Below, in pieces: positions 28,938 to 46,909 of a stretch of DNA of 64,000 nt. The position numbers and the translations under genes are program-made. Every line of letters starts with the position of its first letter. Position 1 is the first letter of the stretch. The DNA is from Eledone cirrhosa (Eukaryota), in assembly GCA_964016885.1 (NCBI GenBank), contig OZ024741.1:273420001-273484000 (forward strand). The letters are read 5' to 3'. The notes beneath the pieces were generated by a model. The model saw only the letters and a program-made list of their open reading frames with translations, searched no databases and was not told the origin of the DNA.

Positions 28938-29290
28938 GAGGGCGGTGAATTTACAATATAGGTAGAGCGTCGGACACCCTGCTTCACGGCAGAGAGTTAC
29001 GGCCCTTAACGTTCTGAGTTCAAATCCCGCCAAGGTTAACTTTGCCTTTCATCCTTACGGGGACGATAAAATAAAGTACCAGTAATGCACTGGGTAATTA
29101 CTGGCCTTGTGCCAAAAGTAGAAACAATTATTATTATTAGAGGGCGGTGGATTAGAAGAATTGGTAGAGCGTCGGACACCCTGCTTCACGGCAGAGAGTT
29201 ACGGCCTTTTACGTAATCGATGCACTGGGATCGATTTAATCGACTTTTCCCTCCCCTAAAATTGCTGGCCTTGTGCCTAAACAGAAAGTA
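28938..29290 (+). mobile_element. Two tandem SINE family A copies (second internally deleted)
   Basis: Heads agggcggtg.att at ~28938 and ~29140, with B box gagttcaaatccc. Confidence 0.85.
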
Positions 29291-29319
29291 TTATTAATAA
29301 CTGCATCATTTCTTTCCAG

Positions 29320-29403
29320 GGACTATGTTGAAAAATAAACATCATTCGGTCATTCCATGAGAGTATCTTGGTCAGCCTATGAACTTTTCATCCGACCCTC
29401 GTA
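29320..29403. mobile_element. mariner-type terminal inverted repeat fragment (also 45808-45890 and ~57487-57556)
   Basis: tacgagggtcggatgaaaagttcataggctgaccaagatactc resembles a mariner-like end. Confidence 0.5.
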
Positions 29404-29825
29404 CTTCTCTGTGGTGATTGTTTTGTGATGATTCAGGAAGCTGAAGTGGATTAAACCGGCTGCCGACCTCCAAACAGTCACTATAACCTTCTTTCGGTGT
29501 AATTTTAGCTTTGGAAAGTGTTTAGGGCAGTCATGGGCAACCTGCGGCCCGCGAAGCTCGCCTAAGTCACCTAAGTGAAATCTTTCTAATATTTTTACCC
29601 CAACTTTTCAGACGTAATTTAGCTTCCTATCATTTTTACGATCGAGGAAAACAACGTGTAGGAATTCTGAAGAAACAAATCAAAACAACCTGAGTTAACG
29701 CCCCTTTTTTTTTCAATGTGGGCACGAATGTAAATTAGTGTTTTCGGCCCGCCTGATGATGAACGCCTCATTTTTCGAACTTCGATTTTCCAATTCGATA
29801 GATTTCCAGTTGATACCGCGCTGAT

Positions 29826-30390
29826 GTCTATGGAACAATATAGTTTTGGAGACTTCTGGTGTCCTCGGCCTTAGGGCCACCTCCCTACTCACTCACCACC
29901 ATTGGCACAGTGTCGGCTATCCGCAGGCGTAAGCCTCGCGAGCTGGAAAGGTTCTTCCAGCGCGTCTCCTTCCCCATCCTCCGGAGAAACGCCTTCTCTA
30001 GCCTGTCCTCCGGGGCGGGGTGGTGTGGGTTTGGGGTAGTCAGTGCGTGGGCCCCCATTTGCTCATAATGTGAGGGAAGGGGAGAATGGGAGAGACCGAG
30101 GCAGTGACAGCGGAAGTTTGGTTCCATTGTGTTCGGACTGGTGTATATGTATATATATATATATATATATTTACCTCTTTTTCTTTTTGTTTTCTTATAC
30201 TAATCTGTCTCCATTGACTTTCAATATTTGAAATCTTATTTTAATTTTATTTTATTTTTTCCCCTTAAAAAACAATTTTTTTATTACTTGTCTTCCTAGC
30301 TCTTTATGATTACCAACTGTAAGGAGTATTCGATACTTCTCCTAGTCTGCCATGGCTTACTAGTTCTATACAGACGTTTAAATTAAATAA
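29826..30390 (+). mobile_element. CRE-clade-like LINE extreme 3' end
   Basis: ETSGVLG..LTTIG..RELERFFQRVSFPILRRNA resembles the CRE C-terminal ET.G..G / FQRLS..IQRGNA. An AT-rich tail with AATAAA follows. Confidence 0.55.
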
Positions 30391-30397
30391 ATGAATA

Positions 30398-31082
30398 ATT
30401 GTTTCTACTATTTTGGCACAAGGCCTGCAATTATCCCAGTGCATCACTGGTACTTTATTTTATCGACCCCGTAAGGATGAAAGGTAAAGTTAACCATGGC
30501 GGGATTTGAACTCAGACCATAAAGGGTCATAACTCTAGGCTACAAAGCATGGCGTCTGACGCTCCCAAAGAAAAAAATGCTTTCTTAGTGACGTATCAAT
30601 CCCCACAGTCGACAATGTGTCTATCAAGGAAATGGAGAAACTATTCAAATATTAATATCTAAAGATAGAAATGATCCGAATTGTTAAAGATGCCATAGCT
30701 TATCAAGTTTTGATCCAATGATTCGTTATTCTGGAGTTCCCACTGTATATTATAGATTTATCTGATAGTCCACGGTTGAATTATCATAATTATGCTTATT
30801 TTGACCGCAAAGGGCCATAACTCTATGCTGCAAAGCATGGCGTCCAATCCTCTACCGATACTGCAAATCCACCACCCTTATTATTAGTAATTGTTTCTAC
30901 TTTTGGCACAAGGCCAGCAATTATCACAGTGCATTACTGGTACTTCATTTTATCGACCCCGAAAAGATGAAAGGCAAAGTTAACCTCGGCGAGATATGAA
31001 CTCATACTGCAAAGGGCAGAAACACTAATCTGCAATGCATGGCATTCGACCCTCTACCGATACTGCCCATCCGCCGCCTAAT
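30398..31082 (-). mobile_element. Cluster of three SINE family A copies or fragments
   Basis: Copies at ~30398-30565, ~30805-30880 and ~30890-31080. Confidence 0.85.
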
Positions 31083-31086
31083 AATT

Positions 31087-33140
31087 GACCTGGCTTAGTA
31101 GTAGACCTGGTCCAGCTAGTAGTAGACCTGGCTCAGTAGTAGACCTGGCTCAGTAGTAGACCTGGCTCAGTAGTAGACCTGGTCCAGTAGTAGACCTGGC
31201 TCAGTAGTAGACCTGGCTCAGTAGTAGACCTGGCTCAGTAGTAGACCTGGTCCAGTAGTAGACCTGGTCCAGTAGTAGACCTGGCTCAGTAGTAGACCTG
31301 GCTCAGTAGTAGACCTGGTCCAGTAGTAGACCTGGTTCAGTAGTAGACCTGGCTCAGAAGTAGACCTGGTCCAGTAGTAGACCTGGTCCAGTAGTAGACC
31401 TGGTACAGTAGTAGCCTGATCCAGTAGTAGACCTGGCTCAGTAGTAGACATGGTCCAGTAGTAGACCTGGCTCAGTAGTAGACCTGGTCCAGTAGTAGAC
31501 CTGGTCCAGTAGTAAACCTGGCTCAGAAGTAGACCTGGTCCAGTAGTAGACATGGTCCAGTAGTAGACCTGGCACAGTAGTAGCCTGATCCAGTAGTAGA
31601 CCTGGCTCAGTAGTAAACCTGGCTCAGTAGTAGACCTGGTCCAGTAGTAGAGCCGACTCAGTAGTAGATCTGGCACAGTAGTAGACCTGGCTCAGAAGTA
31701 GACCTGGCTCAGTAGTAGACCTGGTCCAGTAGTAGACCTGGTCCAGTAGTAGACCTGGCCTAGTACTAGACCTGGCTCAGTATTAGACCTGACTCAGTAG
31801 TAGACCTGGTCTAGTAGTAGACCTGGTCCAGTAGTAGACCTGGCTCTGTAGTAAACCTGACTCAGTATTAGACCCGGCTTAGTAGTAGACCTGGCTCAGT
31901 AGTAGAGCTGGCTCAGTAGTAGATCTGGTCCAGTACTAGACCTGGCTCAGTAGTAGACCTGGCTCAGTAGTAGACCTGACTCAGCAGTAGACCTGGTCCA
32001 GTGGTAGACCTGGTCCAGTAGTAGACCTGGTCCAGTACTAGACCTGGCTCAGTAGTAGACCTGGCTCAGTAGTAGACCTGACTCAGCAGTAGACCTGGTC
32101 CAGTGGTAGACCTGGTCCAGTAGTAGACCTGGTCCAGTAGTAGACCTGGCTCAGTAGTAGACCTGGCTCAGTAGTAGACCTGACTCAGCAGTAGACCGGG
32201 TCCAGTGGTAGACCTGGTCCAGTAGTAGACCTGGCTCAGTATGAGACGTGGCTCAGAAGTAGACCTGGTCCAGTAGTAGACCTGGTCCAGTAGTAGACCT
32301 CGCTAAGTAGTAGAGCTGACTCAGTAGTAGACCTGGTCCAGTAGTAGACCTGGCTCAGAAGTAGACCTGGTCCAGTAGTATACCTGGCTCAGTGGTAGAC
32401 CTGGTCCAGTAGTAGACCTGGTCTAGTAGTAGACCTGGCTCAGTAGTAGACCTGGCTCAGTAGTAGACCTGGCTCAGTAGTAGATCTGGTCTAGGAGTAG
32501 ACCTGGTCCAGTAGCAGACTTGGTTCAATAGAAGACCTGGCTCAGTAGTAGAGCCGACTCAGTAGTAGACCTGTCTCAGTAGTAGACCTGGCTCAGTAGT
32601 AGAGCTGGCTCAGTAGTAGACCTGGTCCAGTAGTAGACCTGGCTCAGTAGTAGACCTGGCTCAGTAGTAGACCTGGTCCAGTAGTAGACTTGGTCCAGTA
32701 GTAGACCTTGTCCAGTAGTAGACCTGGCTCAGTAGTAGACCTGGCTCAGTAGTAGATCTGGTCTAGTAGCAGACCTGGCTCAGTAGTAGAGCTAACTCAG
32801 TAGTAGACCTGGCTCAATAGTAGACCTGGCTCAGTAGTAGACCTGGCTTAGTAGTTTACCTGGCTCAGTAGTAGACGTGGTCTAGTAGCAGATCTGGCTC
32901 ATTAGTAGAGCTGACTCAGTAGTAGACCTGGTCCAAATGTAGACCTGCCTCAGTAGTAGACCTGGCACAGTAATAGACGTGGCGCTGTAGTAGACTTTGC
33001 TCAGTAGGAGACCTGGCTCAATAGTAGACCTGGCTCACTAGCAGACCTCGTCCTGTAGTAGACCTGGTCCAGTAGTAGTCCTGGTCCAGTAGTAGACCTA
33101 GCTCAGTAGTAGACCTGGCTCATTAGTAGAGCTGGCTCAA
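31087..33140. repeat. 17-bp minisatellite (~120 units)
   Basis: Unit AGTAGTAGACCTGG(CT/TC)C. Confidence 0.97.
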
Positions 33141-33734
33141 CTTAAACCGTGTCCTTCACGTCTGTCAAGAATAAACTTGTCTAATGTATACTTCATATTT
33201 TACGATGGTATGGTGGTATTTGCGGAGACTTTCGTCGCTATATCTAGCAGGTAGAACAGCCACGTAGTAGCTTCCCCATTCACTCGTTTGTGGATGCTTG
33301 TGTTTTTTTGTTGTTATAGTAACTGTTACTGTTGCTGTTGGTACTTTTGTTGTTGTTCTTATTGTTGTTGTTGTTACTTTTGTTGTTGTTGTTGTTGTTG
33401 TTGTTACTGTTGTTGTTGTTTTTGGTACTGTTGTTGCTGTTGCTGTTGTCACTGTTGTTGTTGTTAATACAGTTGTTAGTGCTGGTGTTGTTGTTAGACT
33501 ATTGCTGGTGTTGTTGGTGTTGTTAAACGGAAGAGAGTGGGAGGGTGAAGTGAAAGAAGAAGAAGAAGAAGAAGAAGAAGAAGAAGAAGAAGAAGAAGAA
33601 GAAGAAAGAACAGGTTGGAAAAGGGTATAAGGTAGGAGGGGTGTGGGAGGAGGTTGTGGACAGGTTCGGGGTTGGGGGAATTCGGGGGCCGTGTAAGAAA
33701 TGTCTAAGAGTGAATTGAATTGTGGTGGTGTGAG

Positions 33735-36525
<2,791 letters not shown>

Positions 36526-37459
36526 AATTTCCATTAGAGATAGCGTGTGTGACTAGCACAAACAACTAAATACCTTATCGAGTGGTAAATGCTACCACAC
36601 ACAATGAATAGACCAATGAACCGACATGGGCTCCCTGCTGAAGACGTGCATTTTGCCCGGTGACTTAACTATCTGCTGAAAATACGTAGCTTTCTGAACA
36701 CTGCTGATTTAATATCTTCATTTGTAAAGTTATGCACAGAAACAATATCGTCCAGGAGTCGGGATTTTTACTTCTATCTCTACTAAAGTGCAGCTACAGT
36801 ACCTGCTATTAACTAAAATGTGTGCACTCTGAATAGCTAGTTGTAGTTGCATTACTGCATTATGGCAGATTCATTGTGTGAGTTAGACCTTGCCCGAGGA
36901 CTGTTGAAATAGTCTCAACATATATACATAAACATCTCCATTCACAAAGAGACACACACACACAAACAAACACACACGCACACACATATATATGAGTTTA
37001 TTAAAATAAGTGGTCGATATGATGAACAAACTGCGTGAGGGGGTGGTGCATTAGCATGGCCGTTGTTCATTGACTAAAACTAGTAAAAGAATAAAAGAAT
37101 ACACACAAATTTACACACACACACAGAAACACACATAATTACGTACTTGTTTGTGTGTGCGTATGGCAAGAGAGAGAGAGAGAGAGAGAGAATGACAGAG
37201 AGAACGGTAGAGAGCGGTAGAGAGAGAAAAAAAGAAAGGAATCGACAGAGGGGGAAAGACAGACAGAGAGAGAGAGAGAGAAGGAGAGTGAGAGGGAGAG
37301 GGAGAGAAAGAAATCAATAGAGAGGAAAAGACAGAGAGAAAGAGAGAGACCAATAGAGAGGGAAGGCCAAGGAGAGAGAGAGTGAGAAATAAAGAGAGAA
37401 AGACTATGTCGGTGTGCGTGTGAGAGAGAAAGACTGTGTATATGTGTGTGTGTATGCGT

Positions 37460-37507
<48 letters not shown>

Positions 37508-37665
37508 CATATAATGTTGGGTTAATGATTTTAACGTGTTTAAAATCAATTCTTAATCCCTCGACATATTCCTGTACTTAGCGGAAACAATGTTCTGTCC
37601 AATATCTTCTGTCTTGCACTTATTCTCAAATGATTGATCGCACTAAACGGCATACTAACAGACCA

Positions 37666-40160
<2,495 letters not shown>

Positions 40161-40263
40161 ATATATATATATAGATATATATAGTTTTTATATATTTGAT
40201 ATTTATTTATCCTTCTCGAGCCCTCTTTAGATTTCAGTCTTCACATTTATTATTATTACTATT

Positions 40264-43200
40264 AGGGGTTCCCAAAAGAAACCCCACCAACCATGGAGGT
40301 CGAACCACCCGTCCTTCACAAGACCCCGGGAGGTAAGTAAACCTTCCCTCTCTCTTTTAGCTTGCCAACATGGCCATATTAAGAGTAGGAAGTTTAAATG
40401 TTCGCGGCCTGGGATCACCCTGGAAGCAGAGTCGCCTGCTCAACGACCTCCGGTCGCTGGAAATGGATGTGATTGCCGTCAGCGAGACCAGAATTTCCGA
40501 CAGGCGCGCACTAGCCCCCATTTTCGACGACTATCAGATCTTCGCATCGGTTAGCAGGCCGGGAATGGGAGGTGGGGTGGCAGTGCTGTTTAGGAAAGGA
40601 CTGGATCTCGAGGTAAGGTCGATCTTCCGGGACCTGGACGGTAAGTTGGTGGTCTTGGATGTGAGCAGTAGCGAAGGTGGTGCCTTTAGACTGCTGGCCG
40701 TCTACGCCCCAACAGGGGCCGGACGACCGGACTTCTTTAGGCGCCTGGAGACCTTTCTGGGTACGTCTCGCCCTTTACTGTTAGCGGGGGAGTGGAATGG
40801 CATCTTAGACGCACGCTGGGATTGTGTGGGAGTATACGATAGGAGCGGGGGGTGCAAAATCTCAAGCACCTACTCAGCCAGTTCCAACTGTCTGACAGGT
40901 ATCGACTTGTTTTCCCCAATGTGCCAGTATGGACATGGATCAACCGAATGGGGGTCATCTAGATCGTATATAGACAGGATCTTCATTAGGAAAATAGATA
41001 GAAATAGGGTGGGCTGCCCAATTTTTAAAATGGTCGCCTATTCAGATCACAAATTTGTGATCTGTATGGTCGACCTAGATAAAACGTGTAGGTTGGGACC
41101 GGGTTACTGGAAGCTGAACATGTGATTTTCGGCACGTAAGGCTTACAGGGACCGAGTCAACAATTTAGTTAAGCAAAAGTTGACAGGGGGGATCATCAAC
41201 AACAGATGGTGGTGGTGGTGGTGGGGGGTGGGGGGGGGGGTCTCAAAAGAGAGATTAGAGTAACTTCGATAGAGTTCAGCAAAGAACTAGCGTTAGAGAA
41301 AAATAGAAAGCAGGGGGAGTTGGTAGATAAGTTAGACGAGGCTATTTGTAGTGGCATTGCAACTGACGTGCTAGCGGCGAGAATGGCATTAGACCATTTC
41401 TTCAATGCGAAACACGAAGGTTGCATTGTCAGAGCTAAGGCGCGTGCGCTGAGAAACGAGGGAACCAAAGCTGTTCGATAGGCCCGCGTGGCGGAGGCGC
41501 AGCGTGGTAATAAAACCACAATTCGGTCTTTGGCGGACCGAGACGGACACGAGATAAGCGATTGCAAGCGGATGTGTGAGGCCTTTCGCCAGCACTTTGC
41601 TCGGTTGTTCGGGCAGAGTGGCGAGTCAGAGAGAGGAGCGGATTTCACTCCATACCTTGACGGCTTGCCGCGCATCTCGACGGTCGACGCTGAGCTCTGC
41701 GAAAGGCCGATTACTTCAGCCGAAATTCAGGACGCCCTCGTCGGCTACATGAGGCGAAAGTCACCCGGTTTGGATGGCCTGCCCTACGAGCTTTACGTAA
41801 ATATGCCAGTCTTGTTCTCCGATCTCCTCGAAGCACTCTACTGCAACTGGCAGCAGAATGTGAGTATTCCCAGTTCTGTGAGCAGGGGAGTGGTGACGCC
41901 AATAAGGAAAGACGAGAACAAGAGGGATACATTAGACAACTTCAGGCCCATAACTCTGCTCAACACAGAGTTTAAGATTTTGGCCAAGGTGTTAGCAAAG
42001 AGATTTGTCGTCGAGGATTTGGTTGGGGAGGCGCAAACTTGTGCAATCCCAGCCAGGTCCATACACGACAATCTCCACCTCATGCGATACATCATAGAGA
42101 GGGTAGGGTGTAAACCTGGCTTCGGTGGGGCACTGATCAATTTAGATTAATCGAAAGCATTCGATAGGGTCGACCATCGGTATCTGGAGTTTGTCCTCAA
42201 AGCAGCTGGCTTCGGCCCTGTCTTCAGAAGCTGGATCGCTGCAATGCACAGCGGCACATGCTCGGTAGTCGAGGTTAATGGCCACCTCTCGGAACCATTT
42301 CGGCTCTCCCGATCGGTCCGTCAAGGGTGCCCTCTCTCTTCCCTTCTGTACGCATTGACTCTCGAGCCTTTACTGCGGAAGCTGGAGCTGTTGCAGGGCA
42401 TCCCGCTCGAACCGGGACGTGGAAAGGCGGTGTCGGCTTATGCGGACGACATCACCGTGATGGTGTCGAACACCTCAGAAATCGAGGTGGTCGTCTCCTT
42501 ATTGAAGGAATATGAAAGGTTGACAGGAGCCAAACTTAACCCGGAAAAGTCGGTGGGCTTGCAGCTCGGAACCTGGAGAAGCAAGCCCATGCCGTCCAAC
42601 AGCGTCGTGGGGCGCTGGACGGACGGACCAGTAAAGTTGCTCGGGGTTTGGTTCGGACCAGACCTCCAGGTGGAAAAGAATTGGGACGAGGTAACGAGCA
42701 GAGTAGCCAGTCTCACCCAAAAATGGGCTGGGAGGAAGCTATCACTGAAAGGTCGCGCGGAGGTGGCGAATGCGTACATCGCGTCCGTCATCTACTACCG
42801 CCTGACCGTCGTGCCTTGCCCCCGTCCGCGCCTCGTGAAGTTGGAACGGCTCCTCTTCAAATTCTTGTGGAGGGGACAAGTTCCGTTGGTGAGGCGGCCC
42901 GTCTGCTGCCAGCACCCTCTACGCGGAGGGCTGGGCATGCCGTGGCTAATGATGCGCAGTCATGCGTTGAGGCTGCGACATCTCCAGATATTCTGCCTAA
43001 ACGGTGAACAGGTGTGGTCGCCGTTTATCAGACGGGCCTTTCCGAGCTCGTTTCTTTGACTGAGCTGCAGTTCTGGGTCAAGAAGGGACTGAGACTGGGT
43101 GACTGGCAGCTGGAATGTTGCCAGGCACTCACTGCCCTCTGCCAAGCGGGCAATGCGATCAGTGGAACTTCCACTCTCGAGTTCTATAGAGGATTAGTGG

Positions 43201-43740
43201 TGGGCAAGTGCGATGACGCACTCGGAGAAGCTTGGTCCAGATTGGTCGAAGTGACCAATCTGTACCGGAGGACTTTCGAGCCGTCAGACGGACCTGCCCC
43301 AAGATGCGCACAGAACGACGAAACCGTTCTGCACGCACTCGTCCAATGTCCGTGCATTACTGACTTGTGGAGTTATGTCGAACAGCTACTGTCGCGTGTG
43401 GAACGAGTCCGGCTATCGGCCGAGTCCATAGTGAAGATCGACCCGCCGCCTTCCTTAGGTCAGGAAGAGCAGGAAATTTTCCTCTGTCTGGTGGCAGTTG
43501 CGAAAGAGGTTATATGGTGGACCAGATTAAAAGGACTGAAGACAGACACTTTTCTCTTCGGCTAATCCCTCATCAACTTCTTCAAGTTTCACCTGGAAAG
43601 GAACGTGAGGATGGAGAGAGAAGTGCTGCCCCCCCCCCCCCCCCCAGTACATTTGCTAAAAGGTGGATGAATGTAGCGAGAATGGCCCGTGTGAATGGGC
43701 CTACTCTAACCATGCGGCTATAGGCTAGCTAACTTGAGGA
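40264..43740 (+). mobile_element. Tx1/L1-clade LINE ORF2 (APE endonuclease, RT, CCHC), decayed by stops and frameshifts
   Basis: SLNVRGL, AVSET, AVYAP, SYIDRIF, SDH, GPGYWKLN, KSPGLDGLPYE, FRPITLLN, KAFDRVDH, VRQGCPLS, YADDIT, RC..DETVLHALVQC. Confidence 0.95.
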
Positions 43741-44290
43741 GAGGGGTATATATAACATCTAGTGAGAGCTTTTATTCGGTTTGTGTAAAGGATTTAAATC
43801 CTTTGTTCAAATTTTGAATTTGACCGCTAAATCCGGGGGTTACCTCCCTTCGGAGAAACCACGTGACTACTAGCAGTGTTTACTAGTTCTTGCAACCGGT
43901 GGCGGCAGAACGAAAACTTGTTAACGAAGTAAATTCCACTGTTCTATCTTCCAAAGACCAATTAACTTGCAGGCCCCTGCAGATGGATTTTGTTGATTTC
44001 GGATTTACAGAAACCTAGTGGAGATGTTATATAATATTATGTAATATATCCATGATGGTCCAGGTAACTGTCAAACATTTCCCTGAGTCGGTTTTTTCGT
44101 TGTTCTGGTCCTAGCGGCTCGCTTTTCGGTCGATGGCTTCAATTTGCATAGCTGTCTTAATGTAATGTTATAACTCTAAGGTAAACTTCCTTATTGAGTG
44201 TTTGTGGCTGCACTTCCCGATAACATTCGTTAGCTTGCTCGCAACCAGAGCTTCGATTATGCTGTATATATGCTTGTATATATATATGCT

Positions 44291-44344
<54 letters not shown>

Positions 44345-44347
<3 letters not shown>

Positions 44348-44495
44348 AAGAAAAAAAGATGAAATCGAAAATGCAATTGGAGTCTTATTTTTAAAAAAAT
44401 ATATATAATTTATTTGGTTCCTTTACCGGTTTCGCAGTTCTTCTGCTTTTCAAAAGTAGAGTTGAGATGGAGGATCTGTGGTTTTTCTCACATCT
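44345..44495 (-). mobile_element. Solo Penelope pLTR fragment
   Basis: Matches 37830-37975. Confidence 0.8.
44421..44456 (-). ncRNA. Minimal hammerhead motif with U3-A8 variant core
   Basis: CTT-TTGAAAA-GCAG-aagaa-CTGC-GAAA-CCGG-TA-AAG. Confidence 0.62.
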
Positions 44496-44874
44496 AAAGT
44501 TTATATTTATATATATATATATAAATATAAACTTTAAAATTTAACAGAGGACAAGACAACGAACGGAAACTAGGCAAAACGAAAACAATTTTTTAATGGG
44601 AAACCTTAAAAAATAATTTAAAAAAAATAAACATAGAAATGAAGGACACAGAACTTCCTGGTCATCGCCCGTTGAGATGATCTTGGGCAGTTTCGAGCCC
44701 TACCAACGGTACTGGCGGTCAACCCGGGTTTACAGCGTCTGACACGAGCCAAGCGCTGTCCAGTAGAGTAAGAGACGAGAGACAAAACATTAATTTATAG
44801 CAATTAATCTACAAGTACATACACACACACACGCACGCACACGCACATACACACATACACACACATATATAAAT

Positions 44875-44923
<49 letters not shown>

Positions 44924-45050
44924 AAAAAAAAGGAAAAGAATGACTTCACTTGTAGTGTTAAAAAATTGATTTAATTTTATATTATAATATTATAAGTTGG
45001 TAGATCCAGTAAGTTCTTTGTTAACTTCGGTGGATCTCACACATTTTCCA

Positions 45051-45144
<94 letters not shown>

Positions 45145-45391
45145 TCCATGACCTCCTGGAACTTCCTGTGCCGGCGCAAAACAGTCGCCTGCTTCATGAA
45201 AGTTAGTCCGTAAGCAGTTTTGACCATTCCAAGTTGACCTCGACCGGATTTGAACCCAGAGTCGAAACGAATACCATAAAGCATTCTATGCGACGTTCTA
45301 ACGACTCTGCCAATTCACTGCCTGCCTCACATTGTTTTATGATAAAATGAAAAAAAAAGCACCTACATGTCCAATACATGAAACTATAGAG

Positions 45392-45684
45392 CAGCCATGG
45401 ACAACCCTTTTCGAGAAGCGGGCCGCATGAGATATGGTTCATCATCAGGCGGGCCGCAAGCGCTAATTTACATTCGTGCCCACATTGAAAAAAAAGGGGC
45501 GTTAACTCAGGTTGATTTGATTTGTTTCTTCAGAATTCCTACACGTTGTTTTCCTCGATCGTAAAAATGATAGGAAAATAAATTACGACTGGAAAGTTGG
45601 GGTAAAAATATTAGAAAGATTTCACGTAGGTGACTTAGGCGGGCCATTGAGAAAGCTTTGCGGGCCGCAGGTTGCCCACGACTG
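45392..45684. mobile_element. hAT-like MITE (partial inverted copy at 29528-29764)
   Basis: Imperfect terminal inverted repeats cagccatggacaacc / ggttgcccacgactg and subterminal gcgggccgc repeats. No clear 8-bp TSD. Confidence 0.55.
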
Positions 45685-45924
45685 TCCTAACACTTTCCAA
45701 AGCTAAAATTACACCGAAAGAAGGTTATAGTGACTGTTTGGAGGTCGGCAGCCCGTTTAATCCACTTCAGCTTCCTGAATCATCCCAAAACAATCACCAC
45801 AGAGAAGTACGAGGGTCGGATGAAAAGTTCATAGGCTGACCAAGATACTCTCATGGAATGACCGAATGATGTTTATTTTTCAACATAGTCCCTGGAAAGA
45901 AATGATGCAGTTATTAATAATACT

Positions 45925-46140
45925 TTCTGATTTAGGCACAAGGCCAGCAATTTTAGGGGAGGGGAAAAGTCGATTAAATCGATTGCAGTACATTACTGGT
46001 ACTTTATTTTATCGACCCCGTAAGGATGAAAGGCAAAGCTAACCTTGGTGGGATTGGAACTCAGAACGTAAAAGGCCGTAACTCTCTGCCGCGAAGCAGC
46101 GTGTCCGACGCTCTACCGATTCTGCCAATCCACCGCCCTC
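45925..46140 (-). mobile_element. SINE family A, full length
   Basis: Complete head, B box and body. Confidence 0.88.
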
Positions 46141-46176
<36 letters not shown>

Positions 46177-46599
46177 GAGCAACAACAACAACAACAACAG
46201 CAACAATAAAGTGTCAAAAAAGCCGAAGAAAATGTCCAACACTAGCTGAGAAACACAGAACTGAAAGCTAAGATAGAAATATCGTTGATTGCAGTAAAAG
46301 GATCAGAGGATCAGAATAGTTGTTTTTCCCACCAGAAACTACTAAAAGCATCCAACGAATCAAAATACATTAAGTAACTGAAACATATTGGAAGTGGGGG
46401 CTGGAGGGGGGAGGGAGGAGAAACAATTAACTAAATTGTTTCTGAGTTTCCAGTTTTAACTATGGAAGATCATATAAAACATCTACAGAAAAGACATGAT
46501 AATGTTGGAGGGAAGGAGGGGGAGTGTTCAGATACTGGAAGTTATGGTGACACTGTGAAAAGAGGTGGTGTAGGAATACAGCAGAAACAGGGGGGGGGG

Positions 46600-46752
46600 A
46601 GAAGGAGGAGAAGGAGGAGAAGAAGAAGAAGAAGAAGAAGAAGAAGAAGAAGAAGAAGATGTTGAAGACGAAGAAAAAGAAGAAGAAAAAGAAGAAAATG
46701 AAGAAAAGAAGAAGAAAAAGAAGAAAATGAAGAAAAAGAAGAAGAGGAAGAA

Positions 46753-46787
<35 letters not shown>

Positions 46788-46878
46788 AGAAGAAGAAGAA
46801 GAAGAAGAAGAAGACACAGAAAAAGAAGAAAAAGAAGAAAATGAAGAAAAGAAGAAAAAGAAGAAAATGAAGAAGAAG

Positions 46879-46909
<31 letters not shown>

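Noticed and set aside
31087-33140. CRISPR-like array
   Set aside because: The repeats are head-to-tail with no unique spacers, there are no cas genes, and the context is eukaryotic.
40333-40360. GTAAGT...TTTTAG mini-intron before Tx1 ORF2
   Set aside because: It is only ~28 nt, and is better explained as the ORF1 stop plus a pyrimidine-rich inter-ORF spacer.
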